Virus record (IMG/VR): IMGVR_UViG_3300027780_001580
Coordinates: 32,001 to 96,000 of that record
Length of the DNA stretch: 64,000 bases
Strand: one strand, 5' to 3'
DNA from: a virus
Taxonomy: Duplodnaviria > Caudoviricetes
In this document: one piece after another, positions 63,707 to 64,000 of the stretch
Layout of the letters: every line of letters begins with the position of its first letter
Position numbering within the stretch: position 1 is the stretch's first letter
Notes under the pieces: model-generated
The model's database searches: none
What the model was told of the DNA's origin: nothing
What the model saw: only the letters and a program-made list of their open reading frames with translations
Program-made: the position numbers and the translations under genes

Positions 63707-64000
63707 TATTGAAAGAGCCTTACTATGGAATAGCCTGTGTAACATGGGAGACATGGTTAAACTAAAGTTAAAAGTTGACGGACACAACCTTGTACAGGAA
63801 CTAGAGCAATTTAAAGATAACTGGTGTCCTTATAACCAAAAGAAAGATGCCCATAACAATCGTTGGGGATTACCTGTTACAAGTCACACAGGTGATGTAA
63901 TGGACAACTATCATTTAAACAGCTTTGGTCACATGCAACGTTATCACGATGTTGAAATGAAAGAAGAAAACTTTACAACACCAACAGAAGTGTATAAGAA
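63693..64000 (+). CDS. Partial ORF, probably another AspH-like oxygenase
   Basis: Not in the ORF track. MEQNNIERALLWNSLCNMGD...WCPYNQKK...RWGLPVTS is open to the window end; catalytic motifs are not visible. Confidence 0.5.
   Translation, partial: MEQNNIERALLWNSLCNMGDMVKLKLKVDGHNLVQELEQFKDNWCPYNQKKDAHNNRWGLPVTSHTGDVMDNYHLNSFGHMQRYHDVEMKEENFTTPTEVYK

Noticed and set aside
1-64000. Stop-codon reassignment
   Set aside because: Conserved genes are intact in the standard code, and TAA, TAG and TGA all end genes at expected positions.

Overview
This window is a segment of a large, AT-rich T4-related myovirus genome, with no cellular genes seen. From left to right it contains: (1) head genes on the minus strand (acidic scaffold-like protein, a GT42/Maf-like enzyme, portal gp20) and a probable tape measure; (2) a gp26-like gene linked to a gp51-like ORF by a textbook -1 frameshift signal, plus probable capsid-packaged proteins; (3) a ~570-nt gene-free region holding a multi-stem structured element that folds as RNA on the minus strand, directly after a stand-alone GIY-YIG nuclease gene; (4) the gp46/gp47/gp55 block; (5) a baseplate and tail-fibre operon including a 4938-aa protein; (6) a ~17-kb enzyme cluster with five radical SAM enzymes, several glycosyltransferase-like proteins, a UDP-glucose dehydrogenase, SGNH-like proteins, a methyltransferase and 2OG-Fe(II) oxygenases. 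TAAATA late promoters and near-consensus sigma70 promoters can be read directly. The best candidates for new biology are the GIY-YIG plus structured RNA locus, the gp26/gp51 frameshift and the radical SAM/glycosylation cluster. All family assignments come from motif recognition by eye, not database searches.
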